A stretch of DNA of 64,000 bases. It comes from Thecamonas trahens ATCC 50062. Lineage: Eukaryota > Protista > Apusomonadida. Location: assembly GCF_000142905.1 (NCBI RefSeq), contig NW_013657619.1:131173-195172 (forward strand). Direction: 5' to 3'. Shown in pieces: positions 13,859 to 25,863 of the stretch. Each line of letters begins with the position of its first letter. Positions within the stretch are counted from its first letter, which is position 1. The position numbers and the translations under genes are program-made. Under the pieces are notes generated by a model, which saw only the letters and a list, made by a program, of their open reading frames with translations, was not told the origin of the DNA and ran no database searches.

Positions 13859-14422
13859 ATGCTCAACGTTGTGCGTTCTGCAGCCAGTCTGCAGCGAGTG
13901 AGCGGAGGAGTTGCAGGTGTCATGCGCATGGGTATGGGTATGGGTAGCCGTGGCTATGGGCGTGTGGCGGGAGTGTGTGGTGGTGAGGGAGTGGCGGAGG
14001 CTGTCGATGACGGACCATCCGTCGAGTGCGAGGAGGGTCTGGCCGCGGCAGGGATGGACACGGGAGATGGCCTGATGACGTATGAGGAACGTGGTGGGGC
14101 TGGTGTTTATGCTGTGTTTGCGGCTGGTGGCAAGCAGTACAAGGTCCAGGTCGATGATGTGGTGGCTATGGATGCCCTCAAGGGTACCTCCCTCGGTGAC
14201 GCGGTCGCCTTTGACTCGGTCCTGGCCATCGGATCGCCAGCAGAGACTCTCGTCGGCACTCCGTACTTGCCCAACACAAAGGTTGTGGCTCAGGTCATCG
14301 AGGTCACTCGCTCTGCAAAGGCGACAGTCTTCAAGAAGAAGCGCCGCAAGGGCTACACCCGTACCGCCACCCATCGCGCCCCCATCACCGTCCTCCGCAT
14401 CGACTCCATCGTTGCTCTCTGA
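13859..14422 (+). CDS. MRPL21: Mitochondrial ribosomal protein bL21m
   Basis: YAVFAAGGKQYKV...LVGTPYL...VFKKKRRKGY...HRAPITVLRI is the bL21 signature, preceded by a transit-peptide-like N-terminus (MLNVVRSAASLQR). Confidence 0.93.
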   Translation: MLNVVRSAASLQRVSGGVAGVMRMGMGMGSRGYGRVAGVCGGEGVAEAVDDGPSVECEEGLAAAGMDTGDGLMTYEERGGAGVYAVFAAGGKQYKVQVDDVVAMDALKGTSLGDAVAFDSVLAIGSPAETLVGTPYLPNTKVVAQVIEVTRSAKATVFKKKRRKGYTRTATHRAPITVLRIDSIVAL

Positions 14423-15082
14423 TCGAAGGAGCACTCAAGGAACATCTCGCTGGCAAAGACAGCACTCGGCCACGCTGCCACGATGTCGCGCTATCACACT
14501 GCCATGCTGCCACGCCGTCACGCTGTCACGCTGTCGTCTGATCCCATGCTGGTCCTCGCTTTGGTGCCCGCGCGCCGCAGACTCGGCCCTCTCCATCCTG
14601 TTGACCTCTGCCGTCATGCCGCCAGATCAACCCCCCTCCACCCCCCCTCTCCACCCGTTCAGCATCTACCCCTCTGCCATCCGCACTACTGCGGTCATTG
14701 TCGGCTCTGTTCGCCGCACACGCACACTGATGCGTAAACACCCTCACCACACGCACAGCACACCCGCACAACACACACATGGCCACATCCTCGACCCGAC
14801 GTGCCTTAATCATCATCAGTAGCAGTAGCAACAGCACCATCACCATCACCCTCATCATCGTCATCATCATCATCATCATCATCGCCTTCACCTTCACCTT
14901 CCCCCCATCATCACACCCATCATCACACCCATCACACATACCGCACCCATCACACCCATCACACCCATCACACCCATCACACCCATCATCACACACAGTG
15001 GTGGGCGAGATGGAGTACGCTGAGGTCAATCCCCTTGCTCGTTCGGCGGGCACCACTCGTCTGCCTGCGCGCCACACTCAAC

Positions 15083-16051
15083 ATGGACGACATTGGCGCC
15101 ATGGCCGACTCGGTGACTCGCCAGCTCGCAGAGGCCACTTCGACAGCCAGCATCTACCTCCGTCTTGCTGGCAACCGACTGCTTTCCCCTGTTGCACTCA
15201 AGCTCACCGATGCCCTCTCCCCAGCTCAGGGCGTCCTCGTCACCATGGTCCTCTTCTCCGCCCGTACGCCCACCCAAACCAGCCCATGCCACCCGACCCG
15301 GCGCTCCCTGCCAACGCCTCCTTGCCTCTGCTTGCGCTCTCTCGCTCTCTGTCCCTGTCCAGACGGCTCACTTTTTTTTTGGTCGCAGTCGATATTTTTG
15401 GCGCCCCTTTGCTCCCCGTCTCATCGCCATGATGCATCTGGCTCTTCTCCTCAGCACTAACTCACATGTGATGCTGTTTTCAATGGTTGATCTTTGTTTC
15501 CCTCGCCGCTTGTCGTTTCTATGCACCCCACCGCTTGTTGATGTATGTATGCGTCCGTCGCCGCACTGTGGCGTGGCTTGTTTCGTTGTGCGCAATCGCG
15601 TCGGACAGTGCTCACGCTGGCCTATGTTTCGCTTGACTTGGTCCTTGCCTCGATGATGCCGTCGCTCATTCGGGCTATCCGTCGGACCAACGATGTACTC
15701 GTCTGGCGCATCGAGCTGCTCATTGCCGTGGTGATGGTGGTCTCGGTCTCTGCGGCCGACGCCGCCAGCCCGACGGCGGCCATCGACGACCTGGCCATGG
15801 TCTTTCTCCTTGTTGCTCTTACTGCCGCCGGACTCAACTTTCTGATCGGTGCCGCTTCGCTCGGCCGCCGGGTTGTTCAACTCCTGCACATTGTCCGCAT
15901 CCTCGTCCTCATCGCCCTCCTCGCCCGCGCCTTTGTCGTCCCCGGCACCGCAGTCAACCCGTCGGACCTGGCTGTGGACTCGTCGATCGTCGCCGAGCCG
16001 GTGCCCGACCCCATCAAGGCCGCCGACCCGAGCCTGCGCCCCGAGTTGTAG
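15083..16051 (+). CDS. Hypothetical multi-pass membrane protein, 2 exons (15083-15263, 15609-16051)
   Basis: GTACGC donor at 15264 and CAG acceptor ending 15608 join the two ORFs in phase 1; the product has about four hydrophobic segments. Confidence 0.6.
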
Positions 16052-16097
16052 CCACCCATCCCCTGGCATGAAAAGCATGTAACTACCCTGGTCCGAG

Positions 16098-16976
16098 TCA
16101 CTCTTCCGCCACGCGCTTGACGACGCCGGCCTCGTCGATGGAGGCCGCCAGCCGTGGGACCCGGCGGCGATCCCGCGGTACAGCAACGACGAGGACCGAA
16201 TTGAGCTCCTGGTCGACCTCGCTACCCTTTGTGGTGCAGCTGGCAGCGTTGACCGAGAGCCGCTTGCGGGTGGCGGCCACGCCGGCGCCGGAATGGATGT
16301 GGCCAAAGACATGGAGCCGCGGCTTGAGCGCCCGCACTCGCTTGGCCAAGTCGGCACAGCCAAACGGCTTGCCTGCCGTCCGTGGGTCGTAGCTCGACGA
16401 GTCGAGCACGCCATGCGGCGGAGTGTGGGTGACCAGCACATCCGCCCCGGGCTCCAGGCGACCGAGCTCATGCCGGAGACCAGGCGAGCCTCGTGGGAAG
16501 CCAAAGGCCATCTGCGGGCGCGACTTGGGCTGCCGCGGCATGGCAGCGAGGCCGGCGACCGTCAGTCCCCCAGCAATCTCAATCTGCTCGCCGTGGACAA
16601 GGACGTGGAGCCCTGCACCTGCCGCATCCGCCGCCGCCAGCACCTCGACAAGATCGGTGGCCACCTGTTCAGGCGCCTCGTGCTCGGCCACCCAGCTCTC
16701 CCAGTTGGCCTCATACGCCGCAGCGTCCATGCATAGATCATGGTTGCCCGGCACATAGATCATGTCATCAAAAGGGAGTCGCGCGAGCCAGCCGAGGAAC
16801 GGCTTGATCTCGCTCGCCCACTCACCACGCACAGCCGCATCACCAGCATGGATCACCGTGGTGCATCCATCCAATTCTGCCGCCGCCGCCAGCGCTGCCT
16901 CCAATCGCTCGTGATGTCCGTGGGTGTCCGAAATGCACGCAATCAGCCACGCTCCGTCGTCTTCTGTCGCAGCCAT
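16098..16976 (-). CDS. Calcineurin-like metallophosphoesterase (MPPED1/239FB-like)
   Basis: Motifs ISDTHGHH, IHAGD, PGNHD, THTPPHG and HVFGHIH. Confidence 0.9.
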   Translation of the reverse strand: MAATEDDGAWLIACISDTHGHHERLEAALAAAAELDGCTTVIHAGDAAVRGEWASEIKPFLGWLARLPFDDMIYVPGNHDLCMDAAAYEANWESWVAEHEAPEQVATDLVEVLAAADAAGAGLHVLVHGEQIEIAGGLTVAGLAAMPRQPKSRPQMAFGFPRGSPGLRHELGRLEPGADVLVTHTPPHGVLDSSSYDPRTAGKPFGCADLAKRVRALKPRLHVFGHIHSGAGVAATRKRLSVNAASCTTKGSEVDQELNSVLVVAVPRDRRRVPRLAASIDEAGVVKRVAEE

Positions 16977-17148
16977 TGCCAATCGCCGATCGCTCGCAGG
17001 CGTAGGTACTCCGAGCGACAAGTGATGGCCAATCAGGGGGGGGGGGGGGGGGGGGGGGGCATATAACGCCGCCTAGAGGCCACACATAAACACATAAACA
17101 CACAAACACACACAAATTGCACAACATGTTTTCATTCGCCAGCATCCG

Positions 17149-20100
17149 CTAGAGATCAAGATCGGCGGCAAACTCGGGCTCGACCATCTCCCACACCTCG
17201 TTGTCGTCGCAGAGGAGACCGACCCTGGAGAAGACGTCCTCCCACATGCTCTGGACAGCAAGATCGAGCTCTTCGCGGTACTCGGCCTCGGCAGCGGCCT
17301 CGACAGGCGTCCACGATGCCGGATCAGCGGCGGCGATGGATGCTGCCCGCTCGGCAAGCACGGTCCGCACGTCCTCGTCGAGCGGGTCGCGCTTGGAGCG
17401 CGAGGCCGACCGGCGCGTGCCACGCTTGCCAGACTCATCGTGCGAGGCAGCGAGGTTGGCGCCGGTTGCGACTGAGCGCTTGGAGCGGTTGCGACCGAGG
17501 CGGGCATCTTCGGATGCATCACGGTCGCCGCGGATACCACGCTTCGGCGGAAGCGTCGCGCTCTCATCGCGGGCCTCGAGCTCGGCCAGCGGGTTGCCCG
17601 ACGGCAGGAGCGAATGGAGGGCGGCAACAACGGCCGGGTCGGCAAGGTCCAGGCTGCCGCCGGTCGAATCGGCTTTGAGTGCGGCCGAGACGTTGGCCGG
17701 CAGCGGGCGGACAAACGGCCGCGGCTCGAGCCCGTTACGGTCGCGGAGGAGGTCGGCCCGGACCGGCAGCTCGTCGAGCATCTCGACCAGCAGACCGTAA
17801 ACAATGGAGTAGTTGGTGTTGACCGGCGCAGAGACTGGCGCAAACGACGCAGCGTCGATGAGAGCATTGAGCTGCGCAGCGTGCTCTGCGCAAGCATCCT
17901 TGAACGGAATTGCTGCCACCAGCGTGTGAAGCTCATTGAGCGAGCCGGACCACACAAAGTGGGCGTTGCTGGCCGCGATCGCAGCCGCCGACGCAGCACG
18001 CGAGAGCACAAACGACGTCGTCTTTGCGCGGTCATGGACCCGCAGCTCGTAGCCCGACGCAGACTCACCGGCGTACTCGTCGTAGCCGTCGGCCTCGGAG
18101 AGGCCCGAGACCGACGCATGCGAGAGCGACGCCCGCGAGAGCGACGCCCGCGAGAGGCCTGGCTCGACCTCGTTGCCGCCAGCGGGGCTTGCCGCGCGCG
18201 ACGCAGAGTCGCCGCCGCCGGAGCCGTGAACAGAGCCTTCAGACGAGGTGCCTGCCTGGGCCGGGTCGGTTGCCGACGGCAGTCCGAGGACGTACGCCGA
18301 GTACGCGAGATCCTCGAGCGACTCGAACCATGTGGGTGAGTACGCGAGCTGGGTTCCCGGGTTGGCGGCAAAGAACCGGCGGCCGGCGTCATGCTCGTCG
18401 GGCGACTCGACCTCGGGCTTGGTCGCCGACGAGTCGAGAATGGATGAGATGACCTCGTCGAGGATCTCCGAGGCCGCCATGCGGATGACCGCTACCTCGA
18501 GCCGGTACTCGAGAGCCTCGCGGACTTCGCGCTTGTGGTCAAAGCCGACGGCCATGGCCCGGAGCGTGACCTCAAACGGCGAGCCGCGGGTGACCGGCGA
18601 CGTCGTCAGACGCCAGACCTGCTTGAAGTGGCCGGCGTTGGGCGTGGTAAAGACAAAGGCGAAATCGTGCGCCGCGCCTGGGAGGATCGAGCCGGTCAGG
18701 TCGTGAAAGTAGAACCGCTGCTGCGAGTCGCGGGTCACGCCGAGCTCGTTTGGCAGCGGAACAAGCTCCCACTTGTAGTGGAGCACCGTTGTGCCGTTGT
18801 TAAAGGTGTGGAGCGTCTTGCGCGCCGCAACCTCGACGTTTGTCTCGAAAAAGAGCGACGACGATGAGACACGCAGCGACGGCCCGGCCACGCTGCCGAC
18901 CGACGATGTCCGCGACTCGGCCCGCGACGCCGGAAAGACGGCGGCCGCTGCAAGCGCGTCCGCTCCGACCCCACGCTGCCCGAGCATCGGCAGCTCGTTC
19001 TGCAGGTCACCGTCATACTCAAACTGGTCGATGCCGTCCATGCCCGACCCCCGTGAGACAACCGACCGCCGTCCGTCACCGTCGCCGTCGTCGCCGTCGC
19101 CGCCGCCCGCCACACCGCCCGCCGCCAGGTAGTACCCGCTTTCCTCGGCAGGAGCATTCCCGCTGGCAAACGGCGACTCGCCGACAATGGCCAGCGCGGC
19201 AAAGTCCGGCTCGGGCGGCTGAACTGCTGCAATGTACCGTGCCAGCTGCCGCTTGCGCTGGCGGAGGTACTGCGATGGCTTCACGAGGCCGGTGTTGCCG
19301 CGCGCCAGCGACGCGCCACCCTGGCCGGGCTGAGGGTTGAGGATGGCGTCGGCGTCGAGCTGGTCGAGCGGGACAACCCGAATCCGCTCGACAGGCTCGT
19401 TGGAGACCGGCGGGATGGTGGCGGTGAGGCCGGTGATGTCGTTGCCAATGCGGATGTGCTCTGGCCAGAACGAACCGCCGGCAGACTTGCCCGATGTCTC
19501 GTACATGGGGATGGCCTTGTCGATAATGGCACGCTCCTCGACAAGCGCCCGGAACGCCGAGGCCTTGGTAAAAACCAACTCGTTCGGCGCCTTGCCCACC
19601 CGCGCCGCCAGTCGCTCCTGCTCGCGCCGCCACACCGCACGCTGCCGCTCCCACCGGGCGAGGGCCCGCTCCTGTCGGCCCTCAGCGATCCGCTCGTGCA
19701 TCAGCATCATCGCCTGCCGCTCGGCCTCCTTGGCCTCGTCGCGCGCAGCCGCCTCGGCCAGGTAAGCGCCGAGCGCCGAGTTGGAGCGCAGCGGCGGGAG
19801 CGGGCGGCGGGCTGAGAGCTCCGACGAGTCTGAGGGCTCCGACTCGCCGCTGCCGCCGCCGAGTGGCAGGGCTTGCAGCCGTGGCCGTGCCCCGTGGCGC
19901 AGCGCATGCATGGTCTCGAACTCGTTCGGCTTGCCTAGCACCGCATACGGCTTGAGCTCGCCGGTTGCCGGCTCGCGCGGCAGCAGCTCGACCACATCGA
20001 CGCCCTGCGCCCGCATCGCTGCCGACACTGCTGAGCTCAGCGGAGTGCCGGGCTTGCCTGGCGAGCCGCGCTTGCCTCCAGCCGTCGACGTCTTGAGCCG

Positions 20101-20692
20101 CACCGCCGTCTCGCCCGAGCCGAGGACCAGGGTCTCGCCTTCGCGCAGCCGCCTCGCCACCGCCACTCGCCGCACCGGCAGCTGCGGCAGGGCAGCAGCG
20201 CTTCCGCCACCATCGCCACCGACCCGCGGCGGACGGCCCGAGCCCGGCACACCGCCGACACCGGCTCCATCCAGCCGACCATTCGCCCGCGCCGGCGGAC
20301 CAGCATGATCTCCCCCCGGCAGGCTCTCTGGCGGGACCGGAGCATACGACTGGCTCCCACGCGACCTTGAACGCCTCACCAGCACTCTCCGCCTCTTGCC
20401 CAAGGGCGCGATGGAGCGAGTGCTCGCCGCCATCTCCAAGCTCACATCGACATCATCACCAACGCCGCCACCAGCATGATCAGCATAACCATCACCGTCG
20501 CCGCCAGCATTGGCAACACCAGAAGCAGAATATCGAGCCTTTGCACCACCTTGACGAGCAGGCGGCGGAAAGGGAGCACCACCGCCACCACCACCATGTC
20601 GAGTCCGTGGAGAGGATGTCATTGCAGAAGCTGAAGGAGGTCTGCTTGGCCTTGCCCCACCACCACCACCTCTTCCGCTGTCACCTCTGTGT

Positions 20693-20736
<44 letters not shown>

Positions 20737-20874
20737 GCCATGCCCATGCCCATACTGCTGCTGCTGTTGCTGTTGCTGCTGCTGCTGGCCTCCGCCTCCT
20801 TCGCTTCGGTGCTGGCTGCCTCTTCCCCGCCCTCCACTACGTCCGCCATACTTCCGTGTGTTGCCTCCTTCCAT
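17149..20874 (-). CDS. MYCBPAP: MYCBP-associated protein-like (ciliary, ASH/Ig-like domain); an alternative upstream ATG lies at 21033
   Basis: Segment NNGTTVLHYKWE...QRFYFHDLTGSILPG...FAFVFTTPNAGHFKQVWRLTTSP and an upstream ERALARWE...W...FR...EER...ID helix resemble the MYCBPAP family; polyQ/Gly-rich N-terminus. Confidence 0.7.
20688..20787 (-). repeat. (CAG/CAA)n polyglutamine-coding microsatellites
   Basis: Two (ctg/ttg)n runs on the + strand encode the Q tracts of the MYCBPAP-like ORF. Confidence 0.9.
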
Positions 20875-21379
20875 TGCTTTTGGAGCGTGGAGGGGTGGTG
20901 GTCTTGGTGGTAGGGGGGGGGACGGGGGGGGGGGAAGCCGGCGGTGGCATGGCGGGTCGGCGCCATTGGCCGGTTGTCCGCCCAACAACGGTCGAGTTGG
21001 ACTGGGCTGGCGCCGATTGAGCTGGACTGCCATTTAGCAAGGGGGGGGAGGGGGGAAGCGGGGGAAGGAGGAGGGAGGGCTTAAGAGTGTGGTTGGGAGG
21101 AGGGAGGGAGGGAGGGAGGGGGGGGGGGATGGCGGTGGTGATCGTCATCGTGGTGATGATGATGATGATGATGATGATGAGGGAGGGGCATGATGGCGAT
21201 CGAGAATAGCCCGAGATCGGGCATAGAGTGTCACTAGCACCTCACATACTACACCTTTCATCTCGATCAACGCTCTCCACCACCTGATCTCCTCCGTTTA
21301 CCACCACCCATCAACAGCTCAACCCATCGATACGCTCTGTTGCCCCCCTTGCGCCGATGACATTCCATCATCACTCATG

Positions 21380-21590
21380 CCGTTTCGTTACCCGTTCGTT
21401 CAATTCCTTCAATTCGTTCAATTCCTTCAATTCGTTCGTTTCGTTGAATCGATTCGTTTCGTTGAATCGATTCGTTTTGTTTGTTCCGTTTGTTCCGTTT
21501 GTTCCGCTCGATTCGTTCGTTTCGTTCGTTTCGTTCGTTTCGTTCAATCGATTCGTTCGTTTCGTTCGTTTCGTTCAATCGATTCGTTCG
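21380..21590. repeat. Low-complexity (TTCG/TTTCG)n array with AATCGATT palindromes in the divergent MYCBPAP/RPL14 intergenic region
   Basis: Directly visible ttcgttcgtttcg and aatcgattcg units. Confidence 0.85.
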
Positions 21591-21682
21591 GAAAGTGGCG
21601 GTCTGAAATTGAGCTCGCGCAAATGGCCCTGGCTATGGACACTGTTTTTCACTTCCAATACCACTCTCACTTCAGACCCAAA

Positions 21683-22856
21683 ATGGTATGTCGACTGCCC
21701 TACCATGCCATTCTTGCAGAGGCTAGAGGGCCACAGAACTGCATACAGGACTGGAGAAGCAGCTAAGGGGGTGTACCTGGTGACGGTACATAGTGTGAGG
21801 TTGTTGGTATGACCATGTTCTCCATCCCTACCTCGCTATGGCCCTTGGTCACTCCCCTTACCACTGCCTCTGTCTCCCTCCGATGGGTTTTTGTCTGTTC
21901 ACCCGCCCATCCACCACTCGGCCCTCCCCTCCTCCACATTCTCCAACCATTCCCTGTCCATTGCCTTCCCGCCACTCTCCCCTTCACGCCCTGCTCTTTC
22001 CTCTGCTCCTTCCTCTCCTCCTCCATCTCCTCCATCTCCCCTCCACGCCTTGTGCTGGTCCTCGGAGAACGACCATGTGATGAGTTTTTTGTCGGCTTTG
22101 CCTCTCGGCCGCCCTCCCCCTCCCCNNNNNNNNNNNNNNNNNNNNNNNNNNNNNNNNNNNNNNNNNNNNNNNNNNNNNNNNNNNNNNNNNNNNNNNNNNN
22201 NNNNNNNNNNNNNNNNNNNNNNNNNCCCTTCCGGACTCCTCCACACACACACGCGCAACGATTGTCTTTGTTCATGTGTTGTCCATGTAGTCCCTCCTGT
22301 TTGGCCTGTCTGGTCCCCCCCCCCCTCGCCTTGTGGCTCGAGCAGTCGGACAGCGGACAGAGGAGGCCATCCACCCGCAGTCAGACACCCTCCTCCCTCT
22401 CACCCCTCACCCCTTTACTCACTGCGTATTGTATGGTCTCTCTGTTTGTAGGTGTTCACTCGCTTTGTGGAGCTCGGCCGCGTGGTGCTCATCACATACG
22501 GCCCCCTCGAGGGCAAGCTTGCCGTCATTGTCAACATCATTGACCAGAACAAGGCCCTCATCGATGGCCCGTCGACCGTCAACGGTGTCGAGCGCCAGGC
22601 GATCTCCTTCAAGCGCATTGCGCTCACCGACATTGTCCTGCCGGGTGTCACGCCGGGCATGAACGTCAAGTCGCTCACCAAGAAGTGGGAGAAGGCTGAC
22701 GCTCAGGCCAAGTGGGACGCGTCGTCCTGGGCCAAGCGCCGCGCTGTCCGCGCTGCCCGCGCCAAGCTCAACGACTTTGATCGCTTCAAGCTCCGCAAGG
22801 CGCGCCGGAAGGTTGCCCACGCCCGGCACATTGCCCTCAAGGCTGCCAAGGCTTAA
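21683..22856 (+). CDS. RPL14: 60S ribosomal protein eL14; exon 1 is the ATG only (21683-21685), exon 2 is 22452-22856
   Basis: aaATG|GTATGT donor, tttgtag acceptor at 22451; protein MVFTRFVELGRVVLITYGP..GKLAVIVNIIDQNKALIDGP...LNDFDRFK. Confidence 0.95.
22126..22225. other. Assembly gap (others at 25582-25751, 37340-37439, 43028-43340, 54669-55506)
   Basis: Runs of N, mostly flanked by G- or C-rich homopolymer-type tracts. Confidence 1.
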
Positions 22857-23139
22857 ACCCAACGAAATCCCTGTTCCCCCGCACACAGTCGCTCGGATAG
22901 AGCCGCCGCTGTTAGCACAGCTGCAATCGCTGCAGCTGCCGCACCAGTTGCCGCTACACCCGCACTCCCCCCCCCCTCCCCCCATCCCCTCCTTCCCCGA
23001 TCCCATCCATTGTCCACCCCACCGACCAGACCGCTGTCAGCCTGAGCCGCGGTCGAAGCACCCAACGCCCACCCCACCACCCCCACAAAGACACACACAT
23101 ACACACACATACACACATATACATACACACACCTCCACC

Positions 23140-25472
23140 ATGTCTGTAGCAGGACCGCAAACGCAGAGCAAGGGTGGTGAACAAGTACTCGTCCCGCGTA
23201 TTCTCCATACCACCGGCCCGCTTCAAGCTAACAGCCTCGTCCTCCTTCCTCCGTCCAAGAAGTCTGCATCAAAGGTGGTAGCTGGTGATGGAGGTGGCGA
23301 AGTGGCGGCCTTTCGTGTGACGGCCAAGGGCATCGATATGGTGTTCAAGGCAAACCTTCCAGATGCTTCCTTTCGTGTCCTCGTTCGTGGTGGCAAGCGT
23401 GGTGCTGGTGATAAGATCTTTGCCGCAACGGGCTCAAAGGTCATCGGTCTCTCGCGCAAGGGCAAGCCGTTCTTTGAGCTGGAGACCAATCTGACCGAGC
23501 CTGTTGATGCTCTCTTTGTCGAGGACAATGTCATGCTCACAGTCTCGGAGCATACCCTCTCCTGGTTTACCGCTGATGCTGGCTCGGCCACTTACGACTC
23601 GTCAGAGTCACTGCTGGCCGTCGCTGGTGCCGTCCTCGCTTCGGGCATGCACGCCATCGCGGGCTGTGCCGATGCCTCGCTGCTGCTCTTCCAACGCCCG
23701 CCCCTGGCAAGCCGACGCTTGTTTCTTCTGCCCGCCTCGCCCTCCCTGCAGTGCCATGCGCGCTAATTGCGGCGTCACCGCCACGGCCCGGCGCGCTCGA
23801 CTCGCGGCTCCTGGTTGGGTGCACCGACGGCACGCTGTGCGCCGTCGATCTGGCCCCAGAGAGCATGACGCTGGCGTGGGTGGTGGCGCCGGGCGAGGAG
23901 ACCGGGGCGCCGGCGTCTGCAGCACGGTCGCTCTCCTCGTACGACCTGCTCAACGTGCCCGGCTCGCGGCAGCTTGTGGTCGGCTCGGCCGACGGGCACA
24001 TTGTGGTGTACACCATGCTGGCGGCGGCGCCCAACACGCCGCCGACGCGAGTTCTCGGCACTGTCCTTGACGAGTCGGTCTCTGCCGTTGTCGGCGGAGT
24101 GGTCGACACGGAAGAGTTTGTGCCGACCATTGTGGCGGCCACGTTTTCGGGCAAGATCATGTCGCTGACGCCTGCCGCGGCGGCGCCCGGCTTGAGGCTG
24201 CTTGCGCAGTCGGGGCCGGGCCGGCCGTCGACGCCGACGGCGCTCGGTTCCACCAGCTTTGCTGCCGTCGAGCCGTCGGTTGTCTCGGGCTCGCTCTCGG
24301 CGGCGCACAAGGCCAAGCTCATCGATGGGCTGGAGAAGGAGCTGGTGGCGCTGCGCTTCCGCGCCCGCGAGGCCCACATTAAGTACGTCAAGATGGCCGG
24401 CACCGAGCTGCCAGTCGTCCGCCCCGCTCTCTCGTCGGTCAACACCTCACTGCAACTCGACACCTCACACGCTGCGTACGTGCTCACTGTCGAGTCGGCA
24501 GCCATCCTCGACTCGGTCCTTATCCAGTCCGACGTTCCGCTCGAGATCTCGCACCTGGCTCTGCCCGGTCGGTCCGGTGCGCCGGCGCCGGTCATCTCCC
24601 GCACCTCGCCGCCGCCAGGTGGCGCCGCCAAAGTTCTCGTCACCTTTGACCTCAAGCACACCGAGCGGCGGCTCTCTGCTCTTGTCCGCTCCATCGAGGG
24701 TCAGTCCGGCACTCTCAAGGTCTACGCCGTCATGGCCTCCGAGGTCAAGTCCGCCATCCTCACTCGCCTTCCCATCAAGCCGCTCTCGCTCCACGCCCGC
24801 GTCCCCTCGCTTCCGGTCCCGCTAGACCCGACCATTGCCTCGTCGCTGGCGCTCTCTGGCGACGTGGCGCTCTCGCAGCTCTTTGCCTGGGTCTCGCTCG
24901 CCCTCCCCAACATGCCCGACCGGATGGGCTCGGTCGCTGACGGCTCGCTCACGTACTACTTCAAGTCGGTCTACCTCGGGACGGCGCTAGTGGTCGAAAT
25001 GGGCCCGCGACCCTCGACCTGGGCCCGCTTCACCTCAGAGTCGCCGTCGACCATCTCCATCCTCAGGGAGGTTATCGCCCGCGAGGCCAACACCCGCTCG
25101 CTTCAGCTCTCGATGCAGGTGGAGATGGGTGCCTCGGCCGTCTCGCACGTCCTCAACATCATCCGCCCGCGCCTCGAGCATGTCCTCGCCCTCTCGCACA
25201 AGATCGCCATGCTCGAGGGCCTCAAGGAGCTGGCCGAGGCGCCCGACCCCAAGCTTGAGCCCGAGCTCGCCGCCACTGCCGCAAATGCCGACGCTCTCCG
25301 CACAGAGTGGAAGGACCAGGCTTCGACCGCAGATTTTCTCCTCGGCGTCCTCACCGACCTCTACATCGACCAGGCCAAGTTCCGGGGCATCGACGGCCGC
25401 GAGTCGGTCAAGGCTGTAGTTGCCGCCGCCACCGAGGGACGCTGGGATGATGTCTATGCCGCTTGTCCGTAG
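23140..25472 (+). CDS. BBS7: Bardet-Biedl syndrome 7 protein (BBSome), apparent 1-nt deletion near 23730-23750
   Basis: KVVAGDGGGEV...VFK...DKIFAA..S.V.G.SRKGKPFFELETNLTE matches the BBS7 N-terminus; RSIEGQSGTLKVY, IKPLSLHAR and LTDLYID..KFRG match its C-terminus. The N- and C-terminal parts are in different frames. Confidence 0.9.
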
Positions 25473-25863
25473 ACTTGTCCCTCTGCTACATCCCCCCCCC
25501 CTTGTAATGACCATCATCATGCCCCCATCTCCATCACCATCCCATCCCCCCATCATCCCCATCTCCATCCCCCACTCATCCNNNNNNNNNNNNNNNNNNN
25601 NNNNNNNNNNNNNNNNNNNNNNNNNNNNNNNNNNNNNNNNNNNNNNNNNNNNNNNNNNNNNNNNNNNNNNNNNNNNNNNNNNNNNNNNNNNNNNNNNNNN
25701 NNNNNNNNNNNNNNNNNNNNNNNNNNNNNNNNNNNNNNNNNNNNNNNNNNNACGTTCCCCCGCCCCGCCTTTTCCGAGCCACACACCTTGTGCGACTCAA
25801 CACGTGTCCCCACCCCACCCACCCCCCCCCCTCCACACTATCACACCCCAACCACCTGCAGCC

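Noticed and set aside
14779-15010. Poly-Ile/(HPS)n ORF as a membrane protein
   Set aside because: Translation of (CAT)n and (CACACCCAT)n simple repeats upstream of the 15083 gene.
22077-22125. Box C/D snoRNA (GTGATGA) in the RPL14 intron
   Set aside because: No D box (CTGA) is visible before the assembly gap, so it cannot be supported.
23707-23751. Small intron explaining the BBS7 frame change
   Set aside because: The candidate GT (23721) and GC (23707) donors paired with the CAG at 23751 do not restore the required frame; a 1-nt deletion does.
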